A stretch of 64,000 nt of DNA from Botryllus schlosseri. Lineage: Eukaryota. The notes beneath the pieces were generated by a model. It was not told where the DNA came from and ran no database searches. It saw nothing but the letters and a program-made list of their open reading frames with translations. The stretch spans positions 16,182,001 through 16,246,000 of the forward strand of contig CM119385.1 in NCBI GenBank assembly GCA_051294905.1, written 5' to 3'. Below, piece by piece: positions 39,301 through 51,028 of this stretch (position 1 is the stretch's first letter; each line of letters starts with the position of its first letter). The translations under genes and the position numbers were made by a program.

Positions 39301-40239
39301 CCAGACACCTACTAAAATGTAATGAGTTTGAATCATAACCCATACTTCGAAAATTCAATTTGACTTGAATTGTGACTTGACTCGTGACTTGACTTGGCTG
39401 GACTCGACTTGACCCGAGTCACCTCCAAAAAACGAGTGACTTGGCTCGACTCGAGTTATCTTCGAAAATCGATTGACTTGACTTGACTCTAGTCAAAATG
39501 GTAAATGACTCGAGATGACTCGTGACTCGAAGGTAATGACTTGATCCCAAAACTGGTAATAGCCTATCAGACTCAGGCCCATAGTTAATAGCAAATCCAA
39601 TACATGTCTACCGCTCTTCTTAATATCTTACATCTTGTGTTATTTACACACTATATTTAGAGCAATGTTGAACCGGATAACATTTTGAGAAATAGGCCTG
39701 TTACAGAATTAGCGATCGTGTTGGAATGTATAAACAACACAAAACCGCCGACTTTTACGTTAACAAATCAGAATGCTGTGGTCGTAATGTATCCATGTTA
39801 TAGACATTTCGTCGGATGCAATGTCAGTCTGCACGTGCTGCTTATGCGTCGGCCTAAGCTATATCAGCGTGGGCGTACTAGCCACCAGCCTTCGGGGAAA
39901 TCTCATTCAAAACAAGCGACTGGGTAAAGTGGGAGCGATCATGGGACTCATAGCAGGTCGGCTATCGCACAAAATCCTGTTTAGTATTTCAGCCTGGGGT
40001 TGATCGCTAACTATCATTCTACGTTGTCAGGAACGGTGATGGCGATTGGGATGGGAACATTCACTGGGCTTACTCTATCATGCCCTTTTTACAAGAATGT
40101 TATTCTCGACGGCCCGTCACTTTCTACCTACTCTTGGGGATACAGCTTTGGTTTGGGTTGGGCCGGAGTTGCACTGAGTTGGATATCTGGGATTGTCGGT
40201 CTCTTAGATAAGCCGACTCCAATCGTTCATCCTACGTAA
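36379..40239 (+). CDS. G3: claudin-like tetraspan protein, 190 aa
   Basis: join(36379-36589, 39804-39956, 40031-40239); exons 211/153/209 nt, phase-1 introns (3214 and 74 bp), canonical sites; same motifs as paralogs; AATAAA at 40318. Confidence 0.9.
36940..37306. mobile_element. hAT (Charlie-like) MITE in G3 intron 1
   Basis: Ends CAGTGGTTCCCAAC / GATGGAAATCACTG; TSD GTTTAAAG / GTCTAAGG. Confidence 0.7.
37347..37503 (+). mobile_element. 5'-truncated SINE with 13-bp TSD
   Basis: Flanked by direct repeat AATACTGTTAAGC (37334-37346, 37504-37516); (ACAA)n tail; body matches the 1321-1480 copy. Confidence 0.8.
38004..38993. mobile_element. Nested hAT MITE (CAGGGGTCACCAAC family)
   Basis: Ends CAGGGGTCACCAACAC / GTGTTGGCGACCCCTG; TSD TAGTAAAT / TAGTACAT. 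Confidence 0.8.
38317..38624. mobile_element. Third-level nested MITE
   Basis: Ends AAGTGGTTCAC / TTGAGAACCACTG; TSD GCATAGGG / GCTTAGGG. Confidence 0.6.
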
Positions 40240-40679
40240 AATGTTGCGCTGCCAGTTAACGGTAATGATTGCAAGAGTGCAATGCGCAGAGGGGGCCGGT
40301 CTAACACCGCATCATTTAATAAAACAAAGGGAACATAGAAGAATGCCAACTTGTGTCGTCGCGCCGCGCGAGTTAAGAATCGCTACTATAGTGTTCTGTG
40401 AATGTATATGTAATCGGCCAATGCTTGTACTTTTATCAATTGCACAGCTCGCGAATAAAGGTGCTGTAATAAACTGTATACATAGTACACTATCTAGAGT
40501 TGGTCTGTAATGAAGTAAACTGTTTTTCCGGAGTAATTTACCGAGGTAAACATTACACACTTGTTCAATTTACTTATGTGCTACTTTCACTTCTACGTAA
40601 CAGAAATTTCGGCAAAACTAATTTCTACAATTTGCATTTTGAAGAGCGTCTTGGAGGTACAGAACTACAATATACAATT

Positions 40680-41740
40680 GAATAGTATATTCAAATTGAA
40701 GTGAACCCGAATATTCTCGTCAGGGGTAATCGTCAGCAACTATAGCAGAGAATTGGAAAGAATATTATCAGGGGTGTCAAACATACGGCCCGTGGGTCGC
40801 ATTCGGCCCGCCAGACGATTTCATCCGGCCCGCGAAGCAATTCAAAGTAGATTGAATTCTTTTAATATATATTTTCCAGCACATTTGTAACAAATGTTGA
40901 GATATTTTGCGGGAAATACTTCCATATTTATAATGTCCATTACCCGACTACAGCGCTGTGGTTTCACTCTAGTTACGACTACATTACAGTAACAAGTCGG
41001 TGAAATCAACATCCAATTTCAAGAAGGCAAAAAGTGAACACTAAGTTCGTAGTTTTATACAAATATGGACCAAAAAGGTAGCGAAAACGCCAACGCGCAG
41101 CCGTTATAGACAGGGAAAATATATTAGTTGCACAAATATATCATTGAAAGATCTATGGTCGCACTGCTGTGTCAATTTCGACCCAATATATCCCCAGACA
41201 TCAGAGAAACCGGACCCGCGGTTTAATAATAATAAACCTAACTCCAACGTCCGCGTTTCCAATTAAATATCTTGTATTCCTCGCAACCTATATGCAGGAC
41301 TAACGCCAGACTACGACTAAATCAATTCGAGCATAGAATATGGCTACTATCTTCATTAACGCCACTATTTAAGCAGTTCTTAACTGTATTCAACTGGCAA
41401 TCATCGTATTTTAGCCAATTATATTGTTCGAGAATAGAGGTTTTGCGACTTGCTACTCCTACTTGCAAAACCAATCTGCGTATTATCTATATGTGTTTTT
41501 AACGTATTCAAGTGAAAAGCAAGAGCATGAGGTAACATTTTGGAATCAGTTGACTTGTCGGCCCGCGAGCGATTTGAAGGCTTGAATCCGGTCAGCGACG
41601 TAATTTGAGTTTGACACCCCTGTTGTATATCAACAATGTACATTGTTCTTTCCAATTCCCTACTTAATACTGACGATTACCCCTGACGAGTGTCAGCCGA
41701 AAATATTCGGGTTCATTTCAATATGAATATTCTATTCAAT
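40680..41740. mobile_element. Palindromic (foldback) element split at its centre by a MITE
   Basis: 40680-40764 is the inverted repeat of ~41645-41735 (AACCCGAATATT...CAGGGGTAATCGTCAG...AATTGGAAAGAA); another arm copy at ~43295-43400. Confidence 0.55.
40769..41622. mobile_element. hAT MITE (CAGGGGTGTCAAAC ends)
   Basis: TIRs CAGGGGTGTCAAAC / GTTTGACACCCCTG with GGCCCG subterminal motifs; TSD degenerate. Confidence 0.75.
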
Positions 41741-42158
41741 TTGCATTTTGTACAGAGTACAAAGTAATGTTGGGATATGCTTTAATTGCTTTAATGAGTG
41801 TAATTATCATGGTAAATAAATGTATATTTTCTGAGATTGCACGAATATGTAGCTTCATTGGAGGTTTTACGTTAGTCGCTAATATTCACTCTTCAATTTC
41901 TAAAGTGTAACTTTCGATCGACTGCTGAGAGTAAGGGAATCCACGAATTCTAATAACTTACTATAGCACCTTTAAGATCTTCACTACATGAAGTAGCCTA
42001 GTTCTTAAAGGTATCGGAAACCTGTACTTCTACTTGTAATTCAGCGATATTTATACTTCTATTAAAGTAGCAACAAACGTTCTTCCATACGTTGGCCTTT
42101 CGTCGTCAAGGAATCGGTGCGGTACAATAGAAGTTTTCGTAATTAGTACCGCGTATAG

Positions 42159-42540
42159 CAGGGGCGGGAAACTTCTCCAGTCGGCGGGCCGGATTGCTGA
42201 ATCGATACATTAGTCGCCCATTTATCCACAAATACAAAGAATTAATCGTGTTTATTGAATGTATTTTAAAGACAGAAATGTCATTTCGAAGCCATTTCTC
42301 ACCGATAATGACGAAAACAATGTGGATTTAGAAAAGCATTGCCATACAGCCGCGGCCATGACTACTTCTCTCCGATCAATTACCACACGGTGCAATCCAT
42401 AATTAAGATTTCCATGCGTTCGATAAGCCCGGTACCCCAAATTTACCAATATATCAATTCATTAGGGTTGAGTACATGGTAATTGCCGATACTTACGCGT
42501 AAGCTCTACTCTAGCCCGCTGCGTACACACGTATGTAATA
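42159..42540. mobile_element. Partial CAGGGGCGGG-family MITE
   Basis: Aligns with 31170-31520 and 31830-31880; no right terminus found. Confidence 0.55.
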
Positions 42541-42851
42541 AGACTAATAAGTAATAATATACAGCACCGGTAGGGCACTGCAAAATTATCGGTTCGCAAT
42601 GCTTTATCTTCTATGGCACAATGCTATACACATTTGGATTGACATTTTCCTAAGTGTAGTAGCAGAGGGCATAAAATAGTTACGCTCCCAATGCAGTAAT
42701 CAAAAGTGTAGTCCTAATTAAGTTTTATAGCGTGAAATATACTACCTATATGTATCTTGGACATAAATGTAACCATATCAAAATGCAATGGTGTGGTCAC
42801 GGGCGAAAGGCTCCAAAGCCCCATCCGATTTTCCGACTTGAGCATTGTGAC

Positions 42852-43030
42852 CAATGTTACCTCTAAGCTGCGCACGTGCGCGAATGCGCAGTGCTTACAA
42901 GAAAATCTACGTTGCGCACAAAATATTCGAAGTGATGACCTTTCTTTAGTCGTTGCGCACTGTTGTCCAAGGATCTGCGCAGTGAGTTGGTGAGTGTGCG
43001 CAGACTCGTCAAAAATTAAAGGGAGCATTG
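42852..43030. mobile_element. Small hAT-type MITE with repeated TGCGCA motifs
   Basis: Ends CAATGTTACCTCTAA / TTAAAGGGAGCATTG; TSD ATTGTGAC / ATTGTGTC. Confidence 0.6.
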
Positions 43031-43637
43031 ATTGTGTCACCATTCGTTTTCACTACGTCGCAATGGATATTTGATGTGTCACGTCATGACATCACCGACA
43101 TGAAATATCAATTAATTAGGGCGAAGAGAGTAGTTAAAACCAATGTATTATTTACGAGAGTACAGATAGATGGCAAAAGGAGTTCATGTACTTTTGTACT
43201 ATATCTAAAAATAGTATATTGAGCTTAAGCGCTCTCTTCGTCCTGATTTTTCGAAACTGCGTGCCTATGAGCAATGACGTCATGTTTTGATACGATTGTT
43301 GATATACAATGTTCTTTCCAATTCTCTTCTAGTTGCTGTCGAATACCCCTGGCGAGTGTAAGCCGAGACTGTTCGGGTTTATTTCAATATGAATAAAGAA
43401 TATATACTGTTCGATTCAAATAGATTGGCGTAGCAATTTGCTGCGCAGTAGATCACATAGCTAAGGTAAGCAACACAACTGCCTTAAACAACCGATCGAC
43501 ATTTAAAAATCCTCCGCAGGAAATATGAAGGATTACGGTGCGGTTCGATAAAAATGTCGCAATGTCGTTTCGAGTCGTACTTGGAGGAAAAACTTGCAGT
43601 CATTTTGTAGCCTATACAGTATACTCTATACACAGAC

Positions 43638-43850
43638 GGGGAAGCGAGTGGCGCAGTTGGTGAAACACTGCAGTCATGACACCATTGGTTGCTGGTTCGA
43701 GTCTCGGCTCTGGCATCTTTTTATGTGTCGGAGGTTTATCTGGGCTCCTCATCGCCGACCTCACTGCTTGAGCGGTGTCTTACGAAAAGCCCAGACGGAC
43801 AAAGTGAAGTCGAGCTTTGAATAATCGACAGCAACAGATACTGAAGTGCG
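43638..43850 (+). mobile_element. tRNA-derived SINE with intact Pol III boxes
   Basis: A box TGGCGCAGTTGG (43649-43660), B box GGTTCGAGTCTC (43694-43705), then the shared SINE body; no complete cloverleaf. Confidence 0.7.
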
Positions 43851-44300
43851 GACGCACGGAAGAGAGAGTGAAAGATGGTGAATGCGTGCGAGACTGGAAG
43901 TCGTCCGCGAAGCGTACGAAAGTGAAAAAGACAAACGAACTTTACAAAATTCATGTTCTGGGCACAAATGACCAAATAGGTTGTCCTGTTACCAAATCTG
44001 GTTCTCTGTTACCAATTAGAGGCCACGCACATGCCGGCTTGATACTTGTGGGTTGCGATTCCTCAATGCGGTCCGCACGGTTCTCGCATGCTTGTAGTCT
44101 TCTAAGCAGAGACTGCGACTACATCTACACTATGTTCCATATACCACAAGTGTTCGGGGCCGCATGTTTTAGTGGAAATCTGGAGCCGGTATGCTGACAG
44201 GCAGGTAGGTCCATTGACATCATCGTGACTCTCATATACTCCCCGGGTTTGATATAATTAATGACCCAGAAACATGGTAACGGTAAGTGTTTGCATACTT

Positions 44301-44383
44301 TGTGTTTGTTTTGTCATTAGGAATAGTCTTGGAATTTACCAATATGATATGTCAATAGTATGGCAGAATCATGATTTATTGTA
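44301..44383 (+). promoter_or_regulatory. Non-coding block conserved upstream of G4 and G5
   Basis: GTCAATAGTATGGCAGAATCATGATTTATTGTA (44351-44383) vs 55501-55533 is 30/33 identical; GTGTTTGTTTTGT upstream in both; similar distance to ATG once the 56024 MITE is removed. Confidence 0.4.
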
Positions 44384-45140
44384 TTGTATCGATTATACAA
44401 TCATCAACACTTTTTTTAATTCATCTTTGAATATATATGAAATGTAGGCTAACTAATGAATCGAAAATCATTGATGGGAGAAATTTGAAATGCTATTTAT
44501 GATTTCAATATTGCTAGACAGATAACTTCACTTGTGGTCGTTAATTTACTGCGAGACACAAGGTAGCGCCACGCTTTTAATTTATCGCGTGTTGATGCGA
44601 GTGCAAATATCGTAGCCATGACAATCACGATTGGACCTTATAAAAATGTCAGACTTGCGTCTGTGATTGACGATTCCCACTATTAGTTTATTTTTCTTGG
44701 AAGGAATTCGAAATGTTGACTTTCCTTGTTACCTTAGAGAGGGCGTGTACGCAAACGCCAAACTGCATTACCATTTCAAACGTCGGGCAAGGGACGGCCA
44801 GGACTGTAGATGAAGCTGCTTACAAAGATACGACTAAAGTACTGATAATAATTGATATTCATTGCATGATCGATATCGTCCGTTATCGGAATTTAACTGG
44901 GAGCCATCAACAAAAGCATTGCCGTAGACCAATTATACTGATTAATAAAGCGTATACCACATAGTACATATTTTGTTTATTAGGACGCCAATTGTGGAGT
45001 TACAGTAACTTACGCGACCTATTCGTATTAGTAGCATCGCTATCGCGCGTATGATGAGCCTATATAGGTCTATTTCGGGGGATTTATATGCGACTTGAAA
45101 CGAATTGAGCTTAAAATCTGTTTCAGAATATAGATAGACA

Positions 45141-48100
45141 ATGGGCCTGTTTCATTTTGGAAGTGCGGGCGGATTAGGAATTGCGCTGATTTGCGTGCTC
45201 GTTTCGTTGTCAACTCCAGGATGGGTTTACGTTACCATCCTGCCAACTGCAGCCGGAGTTACGCCCGATTATTCGGAGTCGTCGATTGCATGCGGTCTGT
45301 TTTACAGTGAACCGCAACTGAACAATTTTGGCGGTAATATGGATTACGGAAATGGACTGTGTGAGTATACAATATTTAGGTTTTATAGATAAATAAGGAC
45401 GTTGCAATATTGTCACGGAATATGCAAGAAAATGTTAGACAACGAAACGATTAACTCGAATGAACGTATTAATTGAGATGGTTGGTGTTGCTAAAGTCAA
45501 TTCACTTTGGCACCGACTATAGGGGAGTGTTCCTTAAACTTGTTAACATTTTGATCGCTCCTAGCCTATGATATTTCAAAACATTTTCCGTCCTATCTTT
45601 CCACAATGTGTGGCGATACTAAATCAAATTGTTTTGATAGGAATTAATTTCAATGCGTTTACAACTTACGTGTTAAATGCACGAATTACGAACAGCCTTG
45701 AAAGCCGTGTTGGGTGAGGAAATTTATGACGCGACGAGGATTCAAATCTTCGAGAGAAGTCGCAAAGCAAAGCATTCGGAACATATTAACCGCACGGAGA
45801 ACTCACCACGACATCAATTTTGACACTTTATTTATTGCTTGATTATATTTTCAAGTTATTCGATATTCCATATGGTTACAATACCATCAGCGCAAATATC
45901 GCAGACAATCGTCGGCATGCACTTAATTGCCGCCATGATGACCTGGCCAACGACCCAAAACTATTCCACTTTTTCTATTCGCACTGTTTCACAGACATAA
46001 CTTCTACGCAAACCTCGGTGTGTATTTGCTGCATGTGCGTTAGCCTGGGCTTCCTCGTAGTCGGCATAATGGCTAATTCATTCACTGGTAATTTCATCCG
46101 CGAAAGACGACTAGCTAAAGTCGGCGGAATTATGGGACTCGTCGCTGGTAAGAATATTTTTTGTCTGATTTTAAATCAGCAATGTTTCAACGTAGCGTTC
46201 TAAGTGGTGTGGACAGGGACATAGCGAGATTGAACGGCTCACTGCATTTGGGTTACGTCATACTTTCATTTTGGCCAAAGGCAATAGGCGTTTTGCAGGA
46301 CTTCGATCACGTGACTAGATACGCATAGCAACCACAAATTGGTTAGCAAGCTACAGTGCTAAATATCGCATAGTGTACTGTTGATTTCTGGTTGTAAACG
46401 TTTCGGAAATTTGTTGTAGAAGTCATCAGAGATTTACCTATGCTAGATGTCAATCCCGTACAAAGCACATAGAATGATATCGTCAGAATTACGCAGAAAT
46501 CCGTCGTTAACGTAGCCGTATTTCGGATACAGTATATTATCGTTTTCGGGCTGTAAACGTTCGCAAGTGTCATGGAGATGCGCAAGGATTCAAATATGTT
46601 GGATGTCTTTGATTCATGAACTATGTAACCTCCTTGCGTCAAAATGATCGACATTGTAGCCGTTATTTGGTAGTCAACTATGATTTCATGACACAAAATT
46701 CGACATTGCAGGACATTGACTGCATGATATTTATTGCAGCATTAAGTTAGGTGTGGATAGTATAGTATACTATACTATAGTTGTATTGTAGTGGTAGTTG
46801 GTAATCATTTCAGCATTTCGATGATTGATATCGATTGCAATATATATATAGGATACCGCCTAGAGACAATGACTGCCAGTGCCAGTACGTTGATGTGTTA
46901 TGAATTCATGCAATGTGCTACATACCATATATATATTAAACATCCTATGCTATTGTATGGCTTCTCAGTTGAACAATTTAAAATATTTAGACCTCTACAC
47001 CTATATTACAAGTTATTGATCATTCTGTCATGCTGCCAAGTGCCACTACCCGAAGAAAAATGATCATCAGCTCCAATTGAGGGTGCAACAAACTGTCCCG
47101 AGGCCTGGATTACTTGATTGATTGCCTGGATTGGATTACTTCACTCTATGGCACAGTGCAAATATCTTGAGTTTCAAGACATGGCTATACCACATGTATA
47201 CGAATTAATGATCTGACGAATTATCCCAAGAGAGCCGAACGTAGGCAACTAAGAAATTGATGATGCCCTCGTCAAGAATTCAGCCTGGAGCCAATTATTA
47301 TCACCACATAAAATTCGGTCATGCGGTAGAAGGCAGCGTGGTTTCATGCCAACAGAAAATGTCAGCAGATGATCTGACCACTGACTAACTGTCCTGAACT
47401 TCTTTCCCGATGTTGATGTCTGCTTTGAAAATGATATTTCATTTGTGTACAGCAAGACAAGCGCTCTTCCGTGGATGCTATATGTCTAGACAAGTGGCTA
47501 TGGAGGTAGAGGAAAATACATAGGCATAAGAGTCTCGGCAGTTATTGAACTTGATAAGGTTAACATGCATTTTTCTTCAACTATTTCTTATGCTCTGGGT
47601 ATCAAATGCACAAAGATTAATAAATTGCACTTCTTTGCAAGTTTATTTGTAAATTCAATGAATCAAAGAATATCATAAGTTCAGAATATTACGGAGTCAA
47701 TGCAAAAGAAACAATGTTAGTCGTCTTTAGAGGATGTTTCTAAGTTGGTTGAACCAATACACAGACGGGGTCAGCAACGAAGTACTATTTTACCCGAGTA
47801 CTAGCGTCATTATGAGTTTAGGCTACTTCCACTTCTTCTTGACACTTTTTAGGTAGTACTTTTTTGTCAGGTTTGGGATTTTGTCAACTAGAAAGTAGCT
47901 TTGGCGCATGATTGCATCCCTTCAAGCGTGAGGTTGTCATAACAACTGTGCAAAATAGCCCCAGTACCACGGTAACTAAATTAATTTTTGAAAATTGCAC
48001 CTATTTGTGGTGTCATCACCCTTTTGCGTTGATCAAGAAGATGCTACATGCAATGTTTACAATTGTCCCATGGCATCAATTTCTAAAACTAGGTGACCCT

Positions 48101-49774
48101 CAACCAAATCTACTTCATGTAACGAATTTCTTGACTACTTTCCAGAAATTCATTTCTACTTCCACTTGAAGTACTTTGGACATGTTCTGGAAGTAATTAG
48201 TGCTACTTGTACTGGAGTATAAATTAAGGCATTACTTCTACTCGGTTCCCAACAATGACCACGTTGACCACCTCTGGGTATAGGATGACCGATCTTGTCA
48301 CTGCGTTTGAGCTGCTCTAAGAGTTATTTGATAGTTATTTCCCTTAGTTCGCTAAATAGCACACATATGTGACATCAACTATTTATCAAAATCGCGTGTG
48401 AGTTGCCAAATCCACTTTAATTGCAGTTGCGAAGTAGTGCTAATAAAATCGGCATTGTATAAGGCAACAATAAAGTGCACTGCTTTGCTTAGTCTTGATG
48501 GCAGGTTCTCCCAAAAGATACTTCCGATGTGTTCAGCGACATTTGTTTTATAGAAGCACGCCAGCACCCAAACCAGCAGACAGTATATCCTGATCCTTGC
48601 GGGTCCCGGCTGCTTCAGTCATATCATCCATCCAAAATCAGGCTCCACAACAGACAAATAGTACTGCTTGAACTAACAAATACTCTTACCAGAATATAAA
48701 CCAATCGCTTTACTTCAAATGCATAAATTTAAGTAAATATGATCAGAGTTGAGGACCGTAATACGACTACGTTACCGATGGATTTTTGCGTAATTCTGAC
48801 GATATCATTCTAAATGCTTTGTACAGGATTGACATCTAGCATAGGTGGATCTCTGATGACTTCTACAACAAATTTCCGAAACGTTTACAACCAGAAATCA
48901 ACAGTACACTATGCGATATTCAGCACTGAAGCAGGTGCGCTAGAAAGTAGCTTGCTAACCAATTTGCGGTTGCTATGCGTATCTAGTCACGTGATCGCAG
49001 TCCTTCAAAAGGCCTATTTTACGGCCATTTTTGACCGGCTTGCCGAGCGGTAAAATATGGTAAAATATGCAGGTATCAATGGAAAGCTGCTGCTGTACTG
49101 ATTACGAGAATATAAATTATATTCTGCTCATGGTCATGGGACCCCACCAAAATCAGCCTCGAATTTTGCATTGTGTGACGCAACATTGCTGTCAGTCTCT
49201 TTCTCCCTGAGCTGCAGTCTCGTTTTGCCTGACAGAATTGTTGCGTCACAGTGCCAAAGTCGATCACAGTGCATAAATCCGAGACTGATTTTGGGGGGGT
49301 TCCACGGCCATGATCGGAATAAAATTTATATTTTCGTAATCAATACAGCAGCAGCTTTCCATTGACACCCATTCTATCAAACTTAGCGCTCGGCAAATCG
49401 GTCAAAAACGGCTGTAAAATTGCCTTTGGCCAAATTGAAAGTATGAAGTAGTCCCAAATGCCGTGAGCCGTTCAATTTGGGACAATATGGTTTCAACATC
49501 GCCTTCAACTAGATCATTATTTCAATCACTTTTTTCTGCTATTTCAAGTGTGAACGTTGTCTTGATTTTAGGAATTTTCCTTCTTATCGGAATGTCTGTC
49601 TTCACGGGATTGGCGCTGTCCACTCCGTTTTACCGGGACTTCGTGTTTGGCGATCACGATTTCGTAACCATATCGTGGGGATACAGCTTCGCTTTCGGGT
49701 GGACAGCGACTGCCATTAGCCTGCTCTCTGGAGTCGTTGGTCTTCTTGGGAATTCTGATGGCATGTCTAAATGA
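45141..49774 (+). CDS. G4: claudin-like tetraspan protein, 191 aa
   Basis: join(45141-45360, 45995-46147, 49572-49774); exons 220/153/203 nt, phase-1 introns (634 and 3424 bp), canonical sites; AATAAA at 49787. Confidence 0.9.
47762..48276. mobile_element. Nested MITE (CAGAGGTGGTCA family, AAGTAG-rich)
   Basis: Ends CAGACGGGGTCAGCAACG / GTTGACCACCTCTG; arms match the 50731/54316 element; no clean TSD. Confidence 0.55.
49017..49419. mobile_element. ~400-bp foldback element inserted in the right TIR of the intron element
   Basis: Near-complete self-complementarity (TTTTACGGCC...CAATGGAAAGCTGCTGCTGTA... / ...TACAGCAGCAGCTTTCCATTG...GGCTGTAAAA); interrupts sequence that is contiguous in the left TIR. 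Confidence 0.75.
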
Positions 49775-49989
49775 AGAGGATGAAAAAATAAATCGAAATT
49801 AGTGCTTGTATGATAAATGAAATTATGCACGCGCCGGCGAGAGAGTTATATTCGGAGGTTTAGGGAGTCAGCAGTGATATCACCAATGATCAGATATACT
49901 TGAGAGCAAACAGAGATTCAAAGGTCATTTATTTCAAGGGAAAGATTATTGTCCCATGCTATATATGTCATTGTACAATGCATCATTCG

Positions 49990-50295
49990 TCCGGAATGGA
50001 TGTTCTGATGATGATGACCGCATACCGTAAAATGCTGCACAACGATGTAGTCCTGGTCAAAGATATATTTTTTAACCGTTAAGATATGGCTCGGAAGCCT
50101 TTTTTCATCATGGAGCCGTATATTCAACTTGTATTTTAAATTTTCAATGTCAATTCACTGCAACGTCACAATGAAAGATTCGTAACGTCGAGGCTAAAAT
50201 TAAGACTGCTAAAAACATGCTTAAACAAGGTCATGTTTAAGACATGCTTGTATTGAATTGATCTTTGTTTCAAATATAACCCTATAGTAGCGCAG
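49990..50295 (+). repeat. Unclassified interspersed repeat (GATGATGATGACCGC family)
   Basis: Homologous copies at 58305-58610 (+), 63740-63860 (+) and 63005-63260 (-). Confidence 0.65.
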
Positions 50296-51028
50296 TTCAG
50301 ACGACTATCTCAGTTTCGATCACATCTCCGGCCTATCCACGAGATCCTGTCACGTATAAATCACCAGTTTATAGATATAGACCGTCACTTCGGGTTCCAG
50401 TAAAGATCATTTTGCCCCTGAATAAAATCGATTTTAATCGAATAAATAATTCAAATAATGAATTTTTTAATTTTTTTTCTACTTATAATAACAACCACAC
50501 GAACAAAAGAAAATAGGATGAATATCTACCTTGTCAATCAAGATGATGAAGGATAACGCTGAAAATTTGATAATGTGGGGTTGTGAATCATCATACACAT
50601 AGCTGAAAACGCTTAACCTATGTGGTAATGATAGATCGCTACAATCATTACTGATCTGTTCTAGTAGCGAGGAAACATGTTGTGTCAAATCGAGAAAATC
50701 CATAAGAGTTTTGCAACGATTAGGCATCAGCAGAGGTGGTCAAATTAGTCAAGAAAGCTATTCAAGTAGAAGAACAAGTAGCGACGAAAAAATCTACCCA
50801 AGTACAAGTAGAAATATTTCTTCCAAAAGCCACCTAAAACTACTTGAAGTTGAAGTAGAATTGACTGACTTTAAATCTACTCAAGTAAGTAAGTAGTTTT
50901 GAAAACAGTCCTAATTCGTTCGCATGGACTGTCAAAAGCTGCAAATATGCGGATGGTGCAGAGAGCTTGATTCGTTGTGCTGAATCCCAGGAGGTATAAA
51001 TTTTCGACAGAATAAACATCCTTGCGCA

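Larger units (their letters stand above)
37666..39555. mobile_element. CAGTGTTGGGAT-family MITE with nested insertions, G3 intron 1
   Basis: TIRs; perfect TSD GTAATAGC (37658-37665, 39556-39563); arms match the 3599 copy in reverse orientation. Confidence 0.9.
46229..49476. mobile_element. ~3.2-kb DNA transposon remnant with ~300-bp TIRs filling G4 intron 2
   Basis: 46229-46525 is inverted at 48755-49016 plus 49420-49476; weak hAT-like remnant HKIRSCGRRQRGF at ~47306-47345; TSD not resolved. Confidence 0.7.

Noticed and set aside
43638-43715. Genuine tRNA gene
   Set aside because: A/B boxes present but no complete cloverleaf, and it continues into a repeated SINE body.
45141-45164. N-myristoylation from the shared MG start of the tetraspans
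   Set aside because: Position 6 is not Ser/Thr and bulky residues follow Gly2; weak consensus.
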